Positions 7,813 through 16,912 of a DNA stretch of 64,000 nucleotides are shown in pieces. Origin of the DNA: an uncultured virus (IMG/VR IMGVR_UViG_3300031519_000014). Its lineage: Duplodnaviria > Heunggongvirae > Uroviricota > Caudoviricetes. Positions within the stretch are counted from its first letter, which is position 1. Each line of letters begins with the position of its first letter. Location of the stretch: IMG/VR virus record IMGVR_UViG_3300031519_000014; one strand, written 5' to 3'. The position numbers and the translations under genes were made by a program. The notes under the pieces were generated by a model. That model saw nothing but the letters and a program-made list of their open reading frames with translations. It had not been told where the DNA came from and searched no databases.

Positions 7813-9030
7813 ATGCAAGAAATATTTAATTTTAAGACATGGAAAAATAGAGTATTTGAACAGGAAACTGTATATACTAAGGAATCTAAGTATGGCGTAT
7901 ATAATTTCGAGGGAGTATTTCCTGATAATATGATAACGCCAAAACCGGAAGTATACACAGATATAATTGATAAGATGAAATCTGATATAGAAAAGGCAAT
8001 GGACGATGGTATGAAATTGTCAGAACTTAATATATCAATAGAATCAAGTGCAAGTGCTCCCATGGCAACTACATGTCTTCCTAAGGACATAGAAGAAGCA
8101 GATCATAATTTCGGAGACGATACACTTAAAGATAAATGGGCACATTGTGATAGCAACACACGAAGCACACATAGAGTTGAAAATGGTAATAAATTTTTAG
8201 CTGAACATCGTGGACTTAAACTTAAGGAAGTATTAATTAATGAGATTAATAATATGTTAAAGAGTAAGGATATATCAAATAAGATAACCGATGATATGGT
8301 AGAGCTTAGTTTCAAGGTTGCTACCGCAAAGGACCATGTTGGTGATGATAAAAACAGCGATGATAATCGATATGTAAGAGCAAAGATTGAGGGATTACTT
8401 AAATCTAAGAATGTAGAAAAGGAAACTAAGACCGGTCCAACTTACCATTATTACATAGAGCGTTACTCAGATGACGGTGCCCAGAAAAGTAGAAAAACTA
8501 TTTTTAACTTTAAAGAAAATGGTAAATGGTATATGAAAGCAGCATCAGAAAAAATATTTGGAGATGTAAGAAAGGACTCTACTCCTTCTGAGTTTACTAA
8601 TTATGATGCTAAACGCACAGCATATTCACTAATTAAAGATCGTAGCCATGTAGTTTATTCATCTGCTGAAAAAGCACCTGCTACCGTTCCAAGGATAACT
8701 AAAGACCCGGTGGGTCCGACGGAAAAAGCTAACAATAAAGGAGCATGGAAAGGAAAATTCGCAGGATGGTTGACATTTGTAGAAATGAAGAACTACAGTG
8801 CAGTATCAGTAGTTCCATCTAAGCGTGGTGATTTTAAAATAATAAGATGGTGGTATAAAGATAATGATGTATTCACAGCTGAGGTTAAAGCATTAAACCG
8901 CTATCATGGATCCAAACCTATTGTAATAACCAACGATCAAAGTTTACAATGGGGAGCAGCTAGTATAGGTGGAGGCAAAGGAAAACGCAGTTACACTGTT
9001 CCATCCAGTACACCTAGACCTAGTATCTAA
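7813..9030 (+). CDS. putative virion protein with degenerate OmpA-C-like segment
   Basis: Late box ATAAATAA at 7786; N-terminus FNFKTW...VFE; ISIESSAS...N..LA..RG..LK...RYV pattern. Confidence 0.6.
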   Translation: MQEIFNFKTWKNRVFEQETVYTKESKYGVYNFEGVFPDNMITPKPEVYTDIIDKMKSDIEKAMDDGMKLSELNISIESSASAPMATTCLPKDIEEADHNFGDDTLKDKWAHCDSNTRSTHRVENGNKFLAEHRGLKLKEVLINEINNMLKSKDISNKITDDMVELSFKVATAKDHVGDDKNSDDNRYVRAKIEGLLKSKNVEKETKTGPTYHYYIERYSDDGAQKSRKTIFNFKENGKWYMKAASEKIFGDVRKDSTPSEFTNYDAKRTAYSLIKDRSHVVYSSAEKAPATVPRITKDPVGPTEKANNKGAWKGKFAGWLTFVEMKNYSAVSVVPSKRGDFKIIRWWYKDNDVFTAEVKALNRYHGSKPIVITNDQSLQWGAASIGGGKGKRSYTVPSSTPRPSI

Positions 9031-9231
9031 TTAGACGCATGTTGTACGATTGCTATTGCTAAGACCTCCGTCTGTTGCTACGATATCCAACGCAATATCA
9101 CTAATCTTAGCAATATCACAAATGAATAGTAGTGAATATTCTCGGTCAATAATCTCTGTTGCCTCGTCTTTAGTAAACCCATCGGAAACTAAATTATTAA
9201 TAGATTTTTGGTACTCCTTAGCTTTTGACAT
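9031..9231 (-). CDS. hypothetical protein
   Basis: Follows the CAP gene on the same strand. Confidence 0.55.
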   Translation of the reverse strand: MSKAKEYQKSINNLVSDGFTKDEATEIIDREYSLLFICDIAKISDIALDIVATDGGLSNSNRTTCV

Positions 9232-9242
9232 TTCTTTTAGTT

Positions 9243-9749
9243 TTAGTAAAGTGCTACACTTGAATATGATATAATATCTGATTGTTTAAGATCATTGTAT
9301 GATATTCTAAAGGTATTAAGTAATCCGTTACCGAATCCACCTTCTAATACTATTCCCATTCCGCCCATAGTTGAGTTTGGTAATAATAATATATAATTAT
9401 GTCCTGGTGAATCTTGCCAAATTTTAACTATAGTCTTAGCGTTTTTTAAGTAAGTAGATCCTGCATTATATCCGGTATTACTAATACATTCTCCATGATA
9501 TGGAGAATTAGTATCGTGTTTAAAATCGTGCTTTAGTTTCTCTGAATATTCTCGACACTGAGAAGATAACGTGCTATCCCAAACGATTGGTGATTTTCCG
9601 CTATTAACTCTATACTTACTAATTTCTTCAATTACCAATTGCTCTAGGAACTCCATGTCTAGTGTTTTTATACGTAGAGTATCAGTTGGTTCTGTTGCGA
9701 ACGTTGAAGTAGAAATAATAACTAAGATTGCGATAAGTAACTTTTTCAT
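9243..9749 (-). CDS. secreted CAP (SCP) domain protein
   Basis: Signal peptide MKKLLIAILVIISTSTFA; ISKYR, FKH, GECI and WQDSPGHNYILL CAP motifs. Confidence 0.8.
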   Translation of the reverse strand: MKKLLIAILVIISTSTFATEPTDTLRIKTLDMEFLEQLVIEEISKYRVNSGKSPIVWDSTLSSQCREYSEKLKHDFKHDTNSPYHGECISNTGYNAGSTYLKNAKTIVKIWQDSPGHNYILLLPNSTMGGMGIVLEGGFGNGLLNTFRISYNDLKQSDIISYSSVALY

Positions 9750-9874
9750 TTTGTTTAGTTTAGGGGTTATATATTTATTATACTACTAAATATATTAATA
9801 TTAAAACAATGATGTACTAGGAGCGATCTATCTACTTCTCATGAATACGCGAATAAATAATAAAAACGATAACG

Positions 9875-10129
9875 ATGATGGGAAAGAAATTACAATGCTT
9901 TTATAGCATATTTAAAAATGACAACAGTTGGAACGAGAAATCTATAGTAGGTTTCATGGCATTCGCAGTAATGGTTCTATTTGCCGTTGTAGATTTAGTT
10001 ACGGGATACTTTGGAAAAGACCTTGTAATCCAAGAGTTTATATATAACTCGTTTGTATGGATGGTGCTAGGCTCTTTTGGAATTGATGGTATTACTAAGT
10101 TTGCTGGTAAAAACAAATCTTCGGAATAA
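9875..10129 (+). CDS. two-TM protein, holin-like
   Basis: Two TM helices, charged C-terminus, late box at 9853. Confidence 0.6.
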   Translation: MMGKKLQCFYSIFKNDNSWNEKSIVGFMAFAVMVLFAVVDLVTGYFGKDLVIQEFIYNSFVWMVLGSFGIDGITKFAGKNKSSE

Positions 10130-10208
10130 GACTTAGGTTAATATGTATTCGGTGGTAAATTTATCAGGCATATAAAGCTGTTAAAGGAAACGATACTGAA
10201 GTATAAAC

Positions 10209-10239
10209 AAAAAAAAGAGAGGCAATTGCCTCTCTTTTT
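10209..10239. terminator. bidirectional intrinsic terminator
   Basis: A-run AGAGAGGCA-AT-TGCCTCTCT T-run between convergent genes. Confidence 0.85.
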
Positions 10240-10244
10240 GTATT

Positions 10245-11393
10245 TTAAAATAAATCGTCTAGTCCAAGTTCAACGAATGGATTGTCTGTATAGAAGTTCT
10301 TAGCTACTCTTCCAAGTACTAAATATTGTAAGAACATTGATGCAACAACAGGCTGAGTATGTTTTTTAACCATGTCTGTTAAATCAGCAGTATCTGTATG
10401 TCTCTCAGCTGCTTCATATTCTCCGTCTTTCATTGCTAATTCCAAGAATGTATTTAATCTAGGTAATAAAGTATCCGCATCAAATTTAGAAGAGTTGATT
10501 AAGCCAATAAGATCTTGAATTTTCTTTTTAGCTTCTTTATTATTTACTCTTAAATATCCATATTCAGTTGTAATATCATCCGGCGAAATCTCTGACATTG
10601 TTTTTGCATATTCAGATCTGGCCCTATCTCCGCTTTTAGTAAGCATGGGCCCTGCTATTTTTTCAAAGTTTTCTACAAAATATTCAATGAATGCTTCTGG
10701 ATTAACTGTTCTAATATCAGATCTAGTTTTTCTAGAAGCTCTAACTTTATCTTCAGTTTCAAGTATGTATAATATAGAATCTTCTGCAATATGTCCAGCT
10801 TGAATGATTTGACCAATTGTTCCCCACCAATCTGCAATTGCTTCTCCTGAATCTGGATCTATTGCGACGTGTCTTAAATACATTCCTGTTTTTTCAGAGT
10901 GACCAGCTGCTCTCGCTATTTCTAAATCATCTTCTCCAAATTTTTCAATTCTACCAGCAGGTCCAAGTTTACCAAGTTTTCTAGTAATATAATGAAGTCC
11001 GTCAATACTAGGAGTTGCTAGAATTAATCTAGTATCTGTATCCTTAATTTTAGAAATTATTTGTTCTAAATAATGTTGAATGTTTTTTCTACCAGTTTTT
11101 GTACCGATAACCTCTACGTCATGTGCTAATGGAACATCTTCAGTTCCTGGCCACGGTCCTTTTTTAGAAGCATGTGGAGCCTCTCTAGTATGGAACTCAG
11201 TATCCATTTTTCCAGTAGCTGGATTCCATTGCTTCTGAGCTTGTTTACTATGTGTAATTTTTCCACTTAATTTATGAATAAATTGCATAAGATCTTTAGG
11301 AACCCCTAATTTTGAAAGAGAACTTGCCATTTCATTAATAGACTGTGAAGTCGAGTAATCGTTAAATCCTTTAAGGTAGTTGTTTAGTTTCAT
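10245..11393 (-). CDS. putative head-packaged protein (likely start MKLNNY)
   Basis: LKGFNDY...SINE N-terminal motif; late box at 11424-11431. Confidence 0.7.
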   Translation of the reverse strand: MKLNNYLKGFNDYSTSQSINEMASSLSKLGVPKDLMQFIHKLSGKITHSKQAQKQWNPATGKMDTEFHTREAPHASKKGPWPGTEDVPLAHDVEVIGTKTGRKNIQHYLEQIISKIKDTDTRLILATPSIDGLHYITRKLGKLGPAGRIEKFGEDDLEIARAAGHSEKTGMYLRHVAIDPDSGEAIADWWGTIGQIIQAGHIAEDSILYILETEDKVRASRKTRSDIRTVNPEAFIEYFVENFEKIAGPMLTKSGDRARSEYAKTMSEISPDDITTEYGYLRVNNKEAKKKIQDLIGLINSSKFDADTLLPRLNTFLELAMKDGEYEAAERHTDTADLTDMVKKHTQPVVASMFLQYLVLGRVAKNFYTDNPFVELGLDDLF

Positions 11394-11471
11394 GTCGATA
11401 GAATATTTTATAGTCAATTTTAATTATTTATCATTCAATATAAACAAAAAAACCCTCTAATGAGGGCTTAA

Positions 11472-11903
11472 TTAGCGTATTAATTCAATTTCAAGCTTAG
11501 GTCGAATCTTTCTCTCTATTCTAAAATTCATACTCATCGCATGATCTGCTATTTTAGCCGCTGTTTGATCTCCTGGAATTCCTTCCATAGTTTGACCGTG
11601 TAACGAATCTCCTTTAAGATGACCACGCTCTTCAACTTGATCTAGTGGTTTAATATATTCGATAACAATGATATTCCTAGGTGACTGCGTATGCGTTATA
11701 TTAAATCTATTGAAATCCCATTCTTTATCTTCTATTAGATCAATAAGTTCCTTTCCTATCCTACCACAAAAAGTGACCTTTGATGGCCACTTTTCGGTTT
11801 CTGATCCTAATTGATCTATGCATTCTGAAAAAAAGTAAAAGAATTCAGTTGCGAATTCAGGACTTTTTTCAAATGGTACGTTAAATGTGCGATACGACGA
11901 CAT
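11472..11903 (-). CDS. hypothetical protein
   Basis: Operon with the ligase. Confidence 0.7.
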   Translation of the reverse strand: MSSYRTFNVPFEKSPEFATEFFYFFSECIDQLGSETEKWPSKVTFCGRIGKELIDLIEDKEWDFNRFNITHTQSPRNIIVIEYIKPLDQVEERGHLKGDSLHGQTMEGIPGDQTAAKIADHAMSMNFRIERKIRPKLEIELIR

Positions 11904-12189
11904 CGAAATCTTCGATTTTTTTCGTATGCGAATTGTCAGCTAATATCTGTTGAATTAAAGAATTGATTTTAGTTGCACCTTGTCCTTCTAATCTATAATT
12001 ATCTCCATCTTTAATAACTGTTCTTCGTTTATTATCAAAACATCTAAGTCTAAATTTCTTAGGTGGATTAGGAACTACGCCAAAGCTATATATAAATCCT
12101 TCTTTGTCGTAATATCGAGTACTTGCGTCGGCATATTTTTCTAAAACTGAATAAATGTCTTCTGCTGCTTTCGTAGGCATTCTACTCAT
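11881..12189 (-). CDS. hypothetical protein
   Basis: Operon with the ligase. Confidence 0.65.
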   Translation of the reverse strand: MSRMPTKAAEDIYSVLEKYADASTRYYDKEGFIYSFGVVPNPPKKFRLRCFDNKRRTVIKDGDNYRLEGQGATKINSLIQQILADNSHTKKIEDFDVVVSHI

Positions 12190-12196
12190 ATCTATA

Positions 12197-12400
12197 TTAT
12201 TTAATTATTCCCATTATATTTGATTCCTGAACTTTGATAACTGAAAAGTCTGACATTCCGTCTTTGAAATGTAGCTTCAGTTTATCTTCTGCATCTGACA
12301 CATCTGATGCTTCTACTAAATAATTTTCTTTAGTCTTTTGGATTCTGCCGTTCTGGTCGTTAACTGTTTCGAATTGCACTTGGGTATTGTAATACTTCAT
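12197..12400 (-). CDS. DUF4494-like protein (Bacteroidota and their phages)
   Basis: NGRIQKTKENYLVEA.....AE and F.V..V.ES.I pattern. Confidence 0.75.
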   Translation of the reverse strand: MKYYNTQVQFETVNDQNGRIQKTKENYLVEASDVSDAEDKLKLHFKDGMSDFSVIKVQESNIMGIIK

Positions 12401-12452
12401 ATATTTGTTTTTAATTTAATTCTTTTACTTTTAAATTATAATTGGTTTTGTT

Positions 12453-13856
12453 TTAAGATAAGGATTTTGCTGCATTTTCAACTTCCTGTATCTCCTCGAA
12501 TGAATCGGCGGTCTCTTTGTCAGTTCTAATGTATTTGAATACCGGGTGTAACGTTGAATAATTACCTTTACTATCGTGAGATAATCCACAAGATTTCATT
12601 TCAATTATTGCTCCCATTAACGTATCCTGGTTGGCAGTAATATATTTCATGTCTTTCTCCTTGATCCCAGTAGGTTTAGTTACTACTTTACCATCTGATG
12701 ATTCAACCGTAAGAGATGATATAACATGCTCGTTTTTGCTGCCGACAGTCCCGTAGTTGAACCCAACTATCTTCATTGATGTTGCTATCTCAAGTTTCAT
12801 CTTGATTTGCCAGTTAGGCTTACCATCTTTCCAGGTACCATTGTATGTTTTAAGTATAGTTCCCTCTAGTCCTCTATTAAGAGCCTCGACAAAATGTTCC
12901 ATTGCCTCTTTGTAAGTAGTAATGATCTTTTGTTCTACCATTTCAATACCTCCAGCATCATCGTCTTGGTGTTCGATAATGAATGTCATGATACGATGAA
13001 GTCTATCATTGTAAGGTACATCACTCTTCTTAGCTTTGTAATCCTTCAAGTCAATTATATCCCATGCTGTAAATACAATGTTTGCTAGAACTTGATCATA
13101 TGTCATATTGTGACGCTCAAATAAATGTTCCTTGTCTTTCGTTGCAAGTTCTCCGTCTTTTATCTTTTTGGAAATACTGATTGCTGAATTGATTACTCCG
13201 TTACTTTCGTTTCTATCAATTCCGTTTATTGTTAATTCTCCATTAACAACACAATCTTCGTCAAACATTTTAAAGTCATGCATAATCTTCGATCCTGGGA
13301 GATATGTTTCTTCTCCTGACCTTGATTCTAAATAAACGTCTCCGTCTTCTATAATTGCGTTACAATATCTGCCATCCATTTTAATTTGAGAATACGCCAT
13401 TCCACTTGCGATAATATCCCTTGCTAATTTCTCATCAAATGATTTTGCTCCCATATAAGGAGTCTTTTCTATAAGCTTTGGAAATATCTTGTTGATATTG
13501 GAAGTTCCCATTCCTATTTTAAGATCTTTCTCAATTATTCTTTCTAAAACATAAGCATCGTCAGGAGATGATATTTCTAATAATGCCACTAAGTGAGCTA
13601 TTCCTGCAGTTCCTGTAAGTTCTCTGCTACTTAATCGTGATAGTCCCACTTCAATTGCTCCATCTAAATCCCCATTAAGGCCGCTATCAGTTTCATATAT
13701 TGGAAGCTTCTTTATATAATATTTTACTCTTGGACTTTTAGCAGCATACATTACCTTCTTTAAAAGTTCATTATCCTGATATTTTCTAAGGATGTCCATT
13801 TTAGCATTAGAACCAGGTTCTGCTGCAATTTCGTCAAGTATTGTTTTTATATTCAT
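12453..13856 (-). CDS. ATP-dependent DNA ligase (T4 gp30-like)
   Basis: Motif I KMDGRY, NGEL, WDII, EGTILK, KMK; OB fold TLHPVF. Confidence 0.95.
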   Translation of the reverse strand: MNIKTILDEIAAEPGSNAKMDILRKYQDNELLKKVMYAAKSPRVKYYIKKLPIYETDSGLNGDLDGAIEVGLSRLSSRELTGTAGIAHLVALLEISSPDDAYVLERIIEKDLKIGMGTSNINKIFPKLIEKTPYMGAKSFDEKLARDIIASGMAYSQIKMDGRYCNAIIEDGDVYLESRSGEETYLPGSKIMHDFKMFDEDCVVNGELTINGIDRNESNGVINSAISISKKIKDGELATKDKEHLFERHNMTYDQVLANIVFTAWDIIDLKDYKAKKSDVPYNDRLHRIMTFIIEHQDDDAGGIEMVEQKIITTYKEAMEHFVEALNRGLEGTILKTYNGTWKDGKPNWQIKMKLEIATSMKIVGFNYGTVGSKNEHVISSLTVESSDGKVVTKPTGIKEKDMKYITANQDTLMGAIIEMKSCGLSHDSKGNYSTLHPVFKYIRTDKETADSFEEIQEVENAAKSLS

Positions 13857-13887
13857 ATGGTTATTATACTAAAAAACATGATAAAAT

Positions 13888-13924
13888 AAAAACCCCGAAG
13901 GTAGCGTTACTTTCGGGGTTTTTT
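13888..13924. terminator. intrinsic terminator hairpin containing AAGGTAGCG
   Basis: AAAAACCCCGAAGGTA-GCGT-TACTTTCGGGGTTTTTT. Confidence 0.85.
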
Positions 13925-13952
13925 CTATAGTGTAACTATAGACGGTCCTGAG
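13898..13952. other. permuted 23S rRNA H69-H71-like sequence element
   Basis: AAGGTAGCG (13898-13906) and GTAACTATAgACGGTCCT (13932-13949) match the conserved 23S sequence GTAACTATAACGGTCCT|AAGGTAGCG. Confidence 0.7.
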
Positions 13953-13963
13953 TCCGTTATATT

Positions 13964-14620
13964 TTAATGTTTGTTTATTACTATAAATGCGCTTGACATC
14001 TCATCGTCTGTAATACTAAGATGTTTAATCGACCCTGCTTCTTTAGCGGATTTAAGCTCAGATGTAAATTCGTACCATTTATCTTCAGGTTCATCATTAT
14101 CTGAAAAAGAATCTACATATATTGCATATATAGTATCTGTTAAATTTACAACTCCACTATGTAATGCAGTTAATAACTTAGCAAATAACCAAGATTCACC
14201 TTGGTAATATTGATTTTCTTCTGATGTTAATTCAGAATCTGAATTTATATGGTCAATCACTGGATCTAAATCACTAACCTTTTTACTTAATATAAACGAC
14301 TCAATTGCATTTTTAAGTTCTGGGGTTTTATCAAAATCATCTCCGTTAGTAATAATTGTATAGCTAATATGATCATAGTTGCGATTTACCTCTTTTAAAA
14401 AATCTAATATAGGCACCCCGTTTGTTCCATATGCATAATCATCTAAATTATTTAATTCAGTAAGTGTACGTTTCGTATTTGGTCCTATTCCAAGTGTGTC
14501 TAATACTTCCTCGTATCCATCATCTAAATCACTAAAATCGTATCCGCTAAGATCGATGTCATCTAACTCATCTGATTCGTTTAGTCGTTTCCATTCATTA
14601 AAGTTTTGTATCTTAATCAT
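13964..14620 (-). CDS. acidic putative head-packaged protein
   Basis: N-terminus MIKIQNFNEWKRLNES. Confidence 0.7.
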   Translation of the reverse strand: MIKIQNFNEWKRLNESDELDDIDLSGYDFSDLDDGYEEVLDTLGIGPNTKRTLTELNNLDDYAYGTNGVPILDFLKEVNRNYDHISYTIITNGDDFDKTPELKNAIESFILSKKVSDLDPVIDHINSDSELTSEENQYYQGESWLFAKLLTALHSGVVNLTDTIYAIYVDSFSDNDEPEDKWYEFTSELKSAKEAGSIKHLSITDDEMSSAFIVINKH

Positions 14621-14627
14621 ATCTATT

Positions 14628-15062
14628 TTAAATTTTTAATGTTATATTTGATCCATTTGTATTAGATTCTACCCATCCGGATTTTAACTCTACTGCGTAC
14701 ATCGCAGGTTTATCGCTTTTATAAATTTGAAGTTCTGAATCTTGTTCTCCGTCGTATGGATCCATTGTATGGTGGTTGATATAATTAAATTTATCGTCAA
14801 AGAATATGATATCTAGTGCAAATGATACGTTTTTCATCCAGAATCCTAAATCATCTGGCATTTCATATACAAATAACATTCCATCGTTGTTAATGGGCTC
14901 ATCTGATCCCATGTATCCTTTTGCTTTTGTATCTTCATTAGCTGCCACTTTTAGTGTAACCTTGGTTCCTGAAATAGTAGCAACTATTTCTTTACTATCT
15001 ATTGCGTTTTTCCTACAGTATCCTTCGAATAATGGAAAATGTGTCGTTCTTTTATGTTGCAT
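14628..15062 (-). CDS. DUF192 family protein
   Basis: KGYMG, GMLFVY, FWMKNVSFALDIIFFD, YAVELKSG. Confidence 0.9.
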   Translation of the reverse strand: MQHKRTTHFPLFEGYCRKNAIDSKEIVATISGTKVTLKVAANEDTKAKGYMGSDEPINNDGMLFVYEMPDDLGFWMKNVSFALDIIFFDDKFNYINHHTMDPYDGEQDSELQIYKSDKPAMYAVELKSGWVESNTNGSNITLKI

Positions 15063-15855
15063 AATCTATAAATCTCTCGATGTTGACGAAGTATGGCGCA
15101 CGTTCGATATATTTTTTTGGATCAGGAAGTCTTGATTTATCAATCAATTTTACGAAATTCCATGCACTGTTAGATCCAATAGCTCCCTTATCAATTAGCA
15201 GTTGCTCAGGATCACTATCAATTCCCATAAGGTCTTTCATATCATCTCCCATATCAATAGATGGAACTTTATAATATTTGTTATCAGCATCAGATACCTT
15301 CCCGTCTTCGGAGTCATATGAATAATATACAACATGTGCTATACTGTAATCTTCATTCGGATCAATTCCTTCTTGTTTTCTAATATTATCAGGAGAACCT
15401 AACATCATTCGAAGTGCACTTTCCTGTATATAATCTTCTTTAGATAATCCAGATGATTCTATTTCTATATTCAAGGCATCTGCGTCCTTTTGTGCTTTTA
15501 AATTCATTGCATCCTTCCACTCTTGATTCTTTATTCGACGAGCTTCTTCCTCTTGTCTGACTTCAACTAATGTTTTTACATCTATATCATATTCAGTCAT
15601 TATTTCAAAATGTGAACCATGTTCATCAGTCTGAGCGGTCATACCATATTGATAAGTATCATCTTCTCCGCTTACTGATACTTCTTTTACGTACGGAGGA
15701 TCTACCCAGTCTTCATATGATCCATCCTCTTCTACTTCAATTGTAACCTCTTTCCCGTTAGGGTTTATAAGTTTAACGGTATGATCAGACACGCTAATAA
15801 TTTTGACCTCACTTAGTGCCTCATTTATTCGTCTGATATACTTAAGAGTTTTCAT
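15052..15855 (-). CDS. putative head-packaged protein
   Basis: MKTLKYIRRINEA; late box at 15862-15869. Confidence 0.7.
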   Translation of the reverse strand: MKTLKYIRRINEALSEVKIISVSDHTVKLINPNGKEVTIEVEEDGSYEDWVDPPYVKEVSVSGEDDTYQYGMTAQTDEHGSHFEIMTEYDIDVKTLVEVRQEEEARRIKNQEWKDAMNLKAQKDADALNIEIESSGLSKEDYIQESALRMMLGSPDNIRKQEGIDPNEDYSIAHVVYYSYDSEDGKVSDADNKYYKVPSIDMGDDMKDLMGIDSDPEQLLIDKGAIGSNSAWNFVKLIDKSRLPDPKKYIERAPYFVNIERFIDYAT

Positions 15856-15936
15856 ATATGATTATTTATCTAACAAAAAAAGGAACAACTTACGTCGCTC
15901 CTTTTAATATATAAAATTAGATAGTGTTAATTAAGA

Positions 15937-16272
15937 TTATGCTTCTTCAACATCAGCCTCTTCTTGATCAGCTACTTCTTCACCTTCTTCACCTTCTTCA
16001 CCTTCTTGGTCCGGCTCCTGGTCTGGCTCTAATGCTGATAATCTTTCTTCAAGATCATCAATCATTGCCTTAAGATCGTCCATTGTTACTTCTTCTTCTT
16101 CAACATCTTGATCAGAAAATTCCCCCTGATCAGAAACTTCTTCTTGGTCAGCTTGGTCAGCCATTTCTGGATTTGCTCCTGAACTCATTCCTTCTAGGTT
16201 TTCGTTTTGGAATTGCTCGTTTAATTTTCCTGATTTAGATGACATAAATCCTTTAAAATCTTTTACTTTCAT
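15937..16272 (-). CDS. highly acidic small protein, internal-head/scaffold-like
   Basis: MKVKDFKGF...LNEQ; DQE repeats; short coiled coil; late box at 16291. Confidence 0.7.
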   Translation of the reverse strand: MKVKDFKGFMSSKSGKLNEQFQNENLEGMSSGANPEMADQADQEEVSDQGEFSDQDVEEEEVTMDDLKAMIDDLEERLSALEPDQEPDQEGEEGEEGEEVADQEEADVEEA

Positions 16273-16328
16273 TTCGAATATAATTTTTTATTATTTATCA
16301 TTACTATTGATTAAATAATGATTTTTTA

Positions 16329-16859
16329 TTATTTATTCGAATCTTCAAGAGTTTTCTTAGCTTCTGCTGATTTTTCATCTAGATTATTAATAATTCCCAT
16401 AGCTGGTCTAAGTAGCATGCTTGCTGAAAATAATTTACCTGCCGAATCTGATCCTTTGCCTTCGTAGTTATTCATGAAGAATCCAAGTGACTCAATACAT
16501 GCTGCACTTAAATCAACTTCATATCTCTTATTCCTATCATTATCCTTGAGTCCTGCTGCTACACCTGACAATTCAGATTTTGCAACGATAAGTAAGTATG
16601 CTTGTTGTGGTCCCTTGTATCCAGACTTATCTAATAGATTTCTGAAGTAAACCGCATCTACATATCCCATTCCAACTTTGAATGTTCCCATTCTTTCAGT
16701 TTGTAGATCTTGAAAGGCTTGTTCTTCTGTAGATAATTTAACCTCAGGTTTAGTTTCAGCTACTTCCTCGGTATCTTCAGGTATATCTGTTGTTTCTTCT
16801 ATCGTTTCGTCTACTATTTTTTCAGCAGCCTCAACTTCATTTGTTTCATTCTCTTGCAT
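16329..16859 (-). CDS. hypothetical protein
   Basis: Downstream of the promoter at 16881-16908. Confidence 0.75.
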   Translation of the reverse strand: MQENETNEVEAAEKIVDETIEETTDIPEDTEEVAETKPEVKLSTEEQAFQDLQTERMGTFKVGMGYVDAVYFRNLLDKSGYKGPQQAYLLIVAKSELSGVAAGLKDNDRNKRYEVDLSAACIESLGFFMNNYEGKGSDSAGKLFSASMLLRPAMGIINNLDEKSAEAKKTLEDSNK

Positions 16860-16880
16860 AATAATTGTTTATTTTGAATT

Positions 16881-16908
16881 ATTATACTAGGGGAAGTAAG
16901 AAGGTTTT
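16881..16908 (-). promoter_or_regulatory. promoter AAAAC-N16-GTATAAT
   Basis: Member of the recurring motif. Confidence 0.7.
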
Positions 16909-16912
16909 TAGA

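Noticed and set aside
13898..13952. Annotating the 23S-like sequence as an rRNA gene or host contamination
   Set aside because: Only 26 nt match, the halves are permuted and the flanks are phage genes
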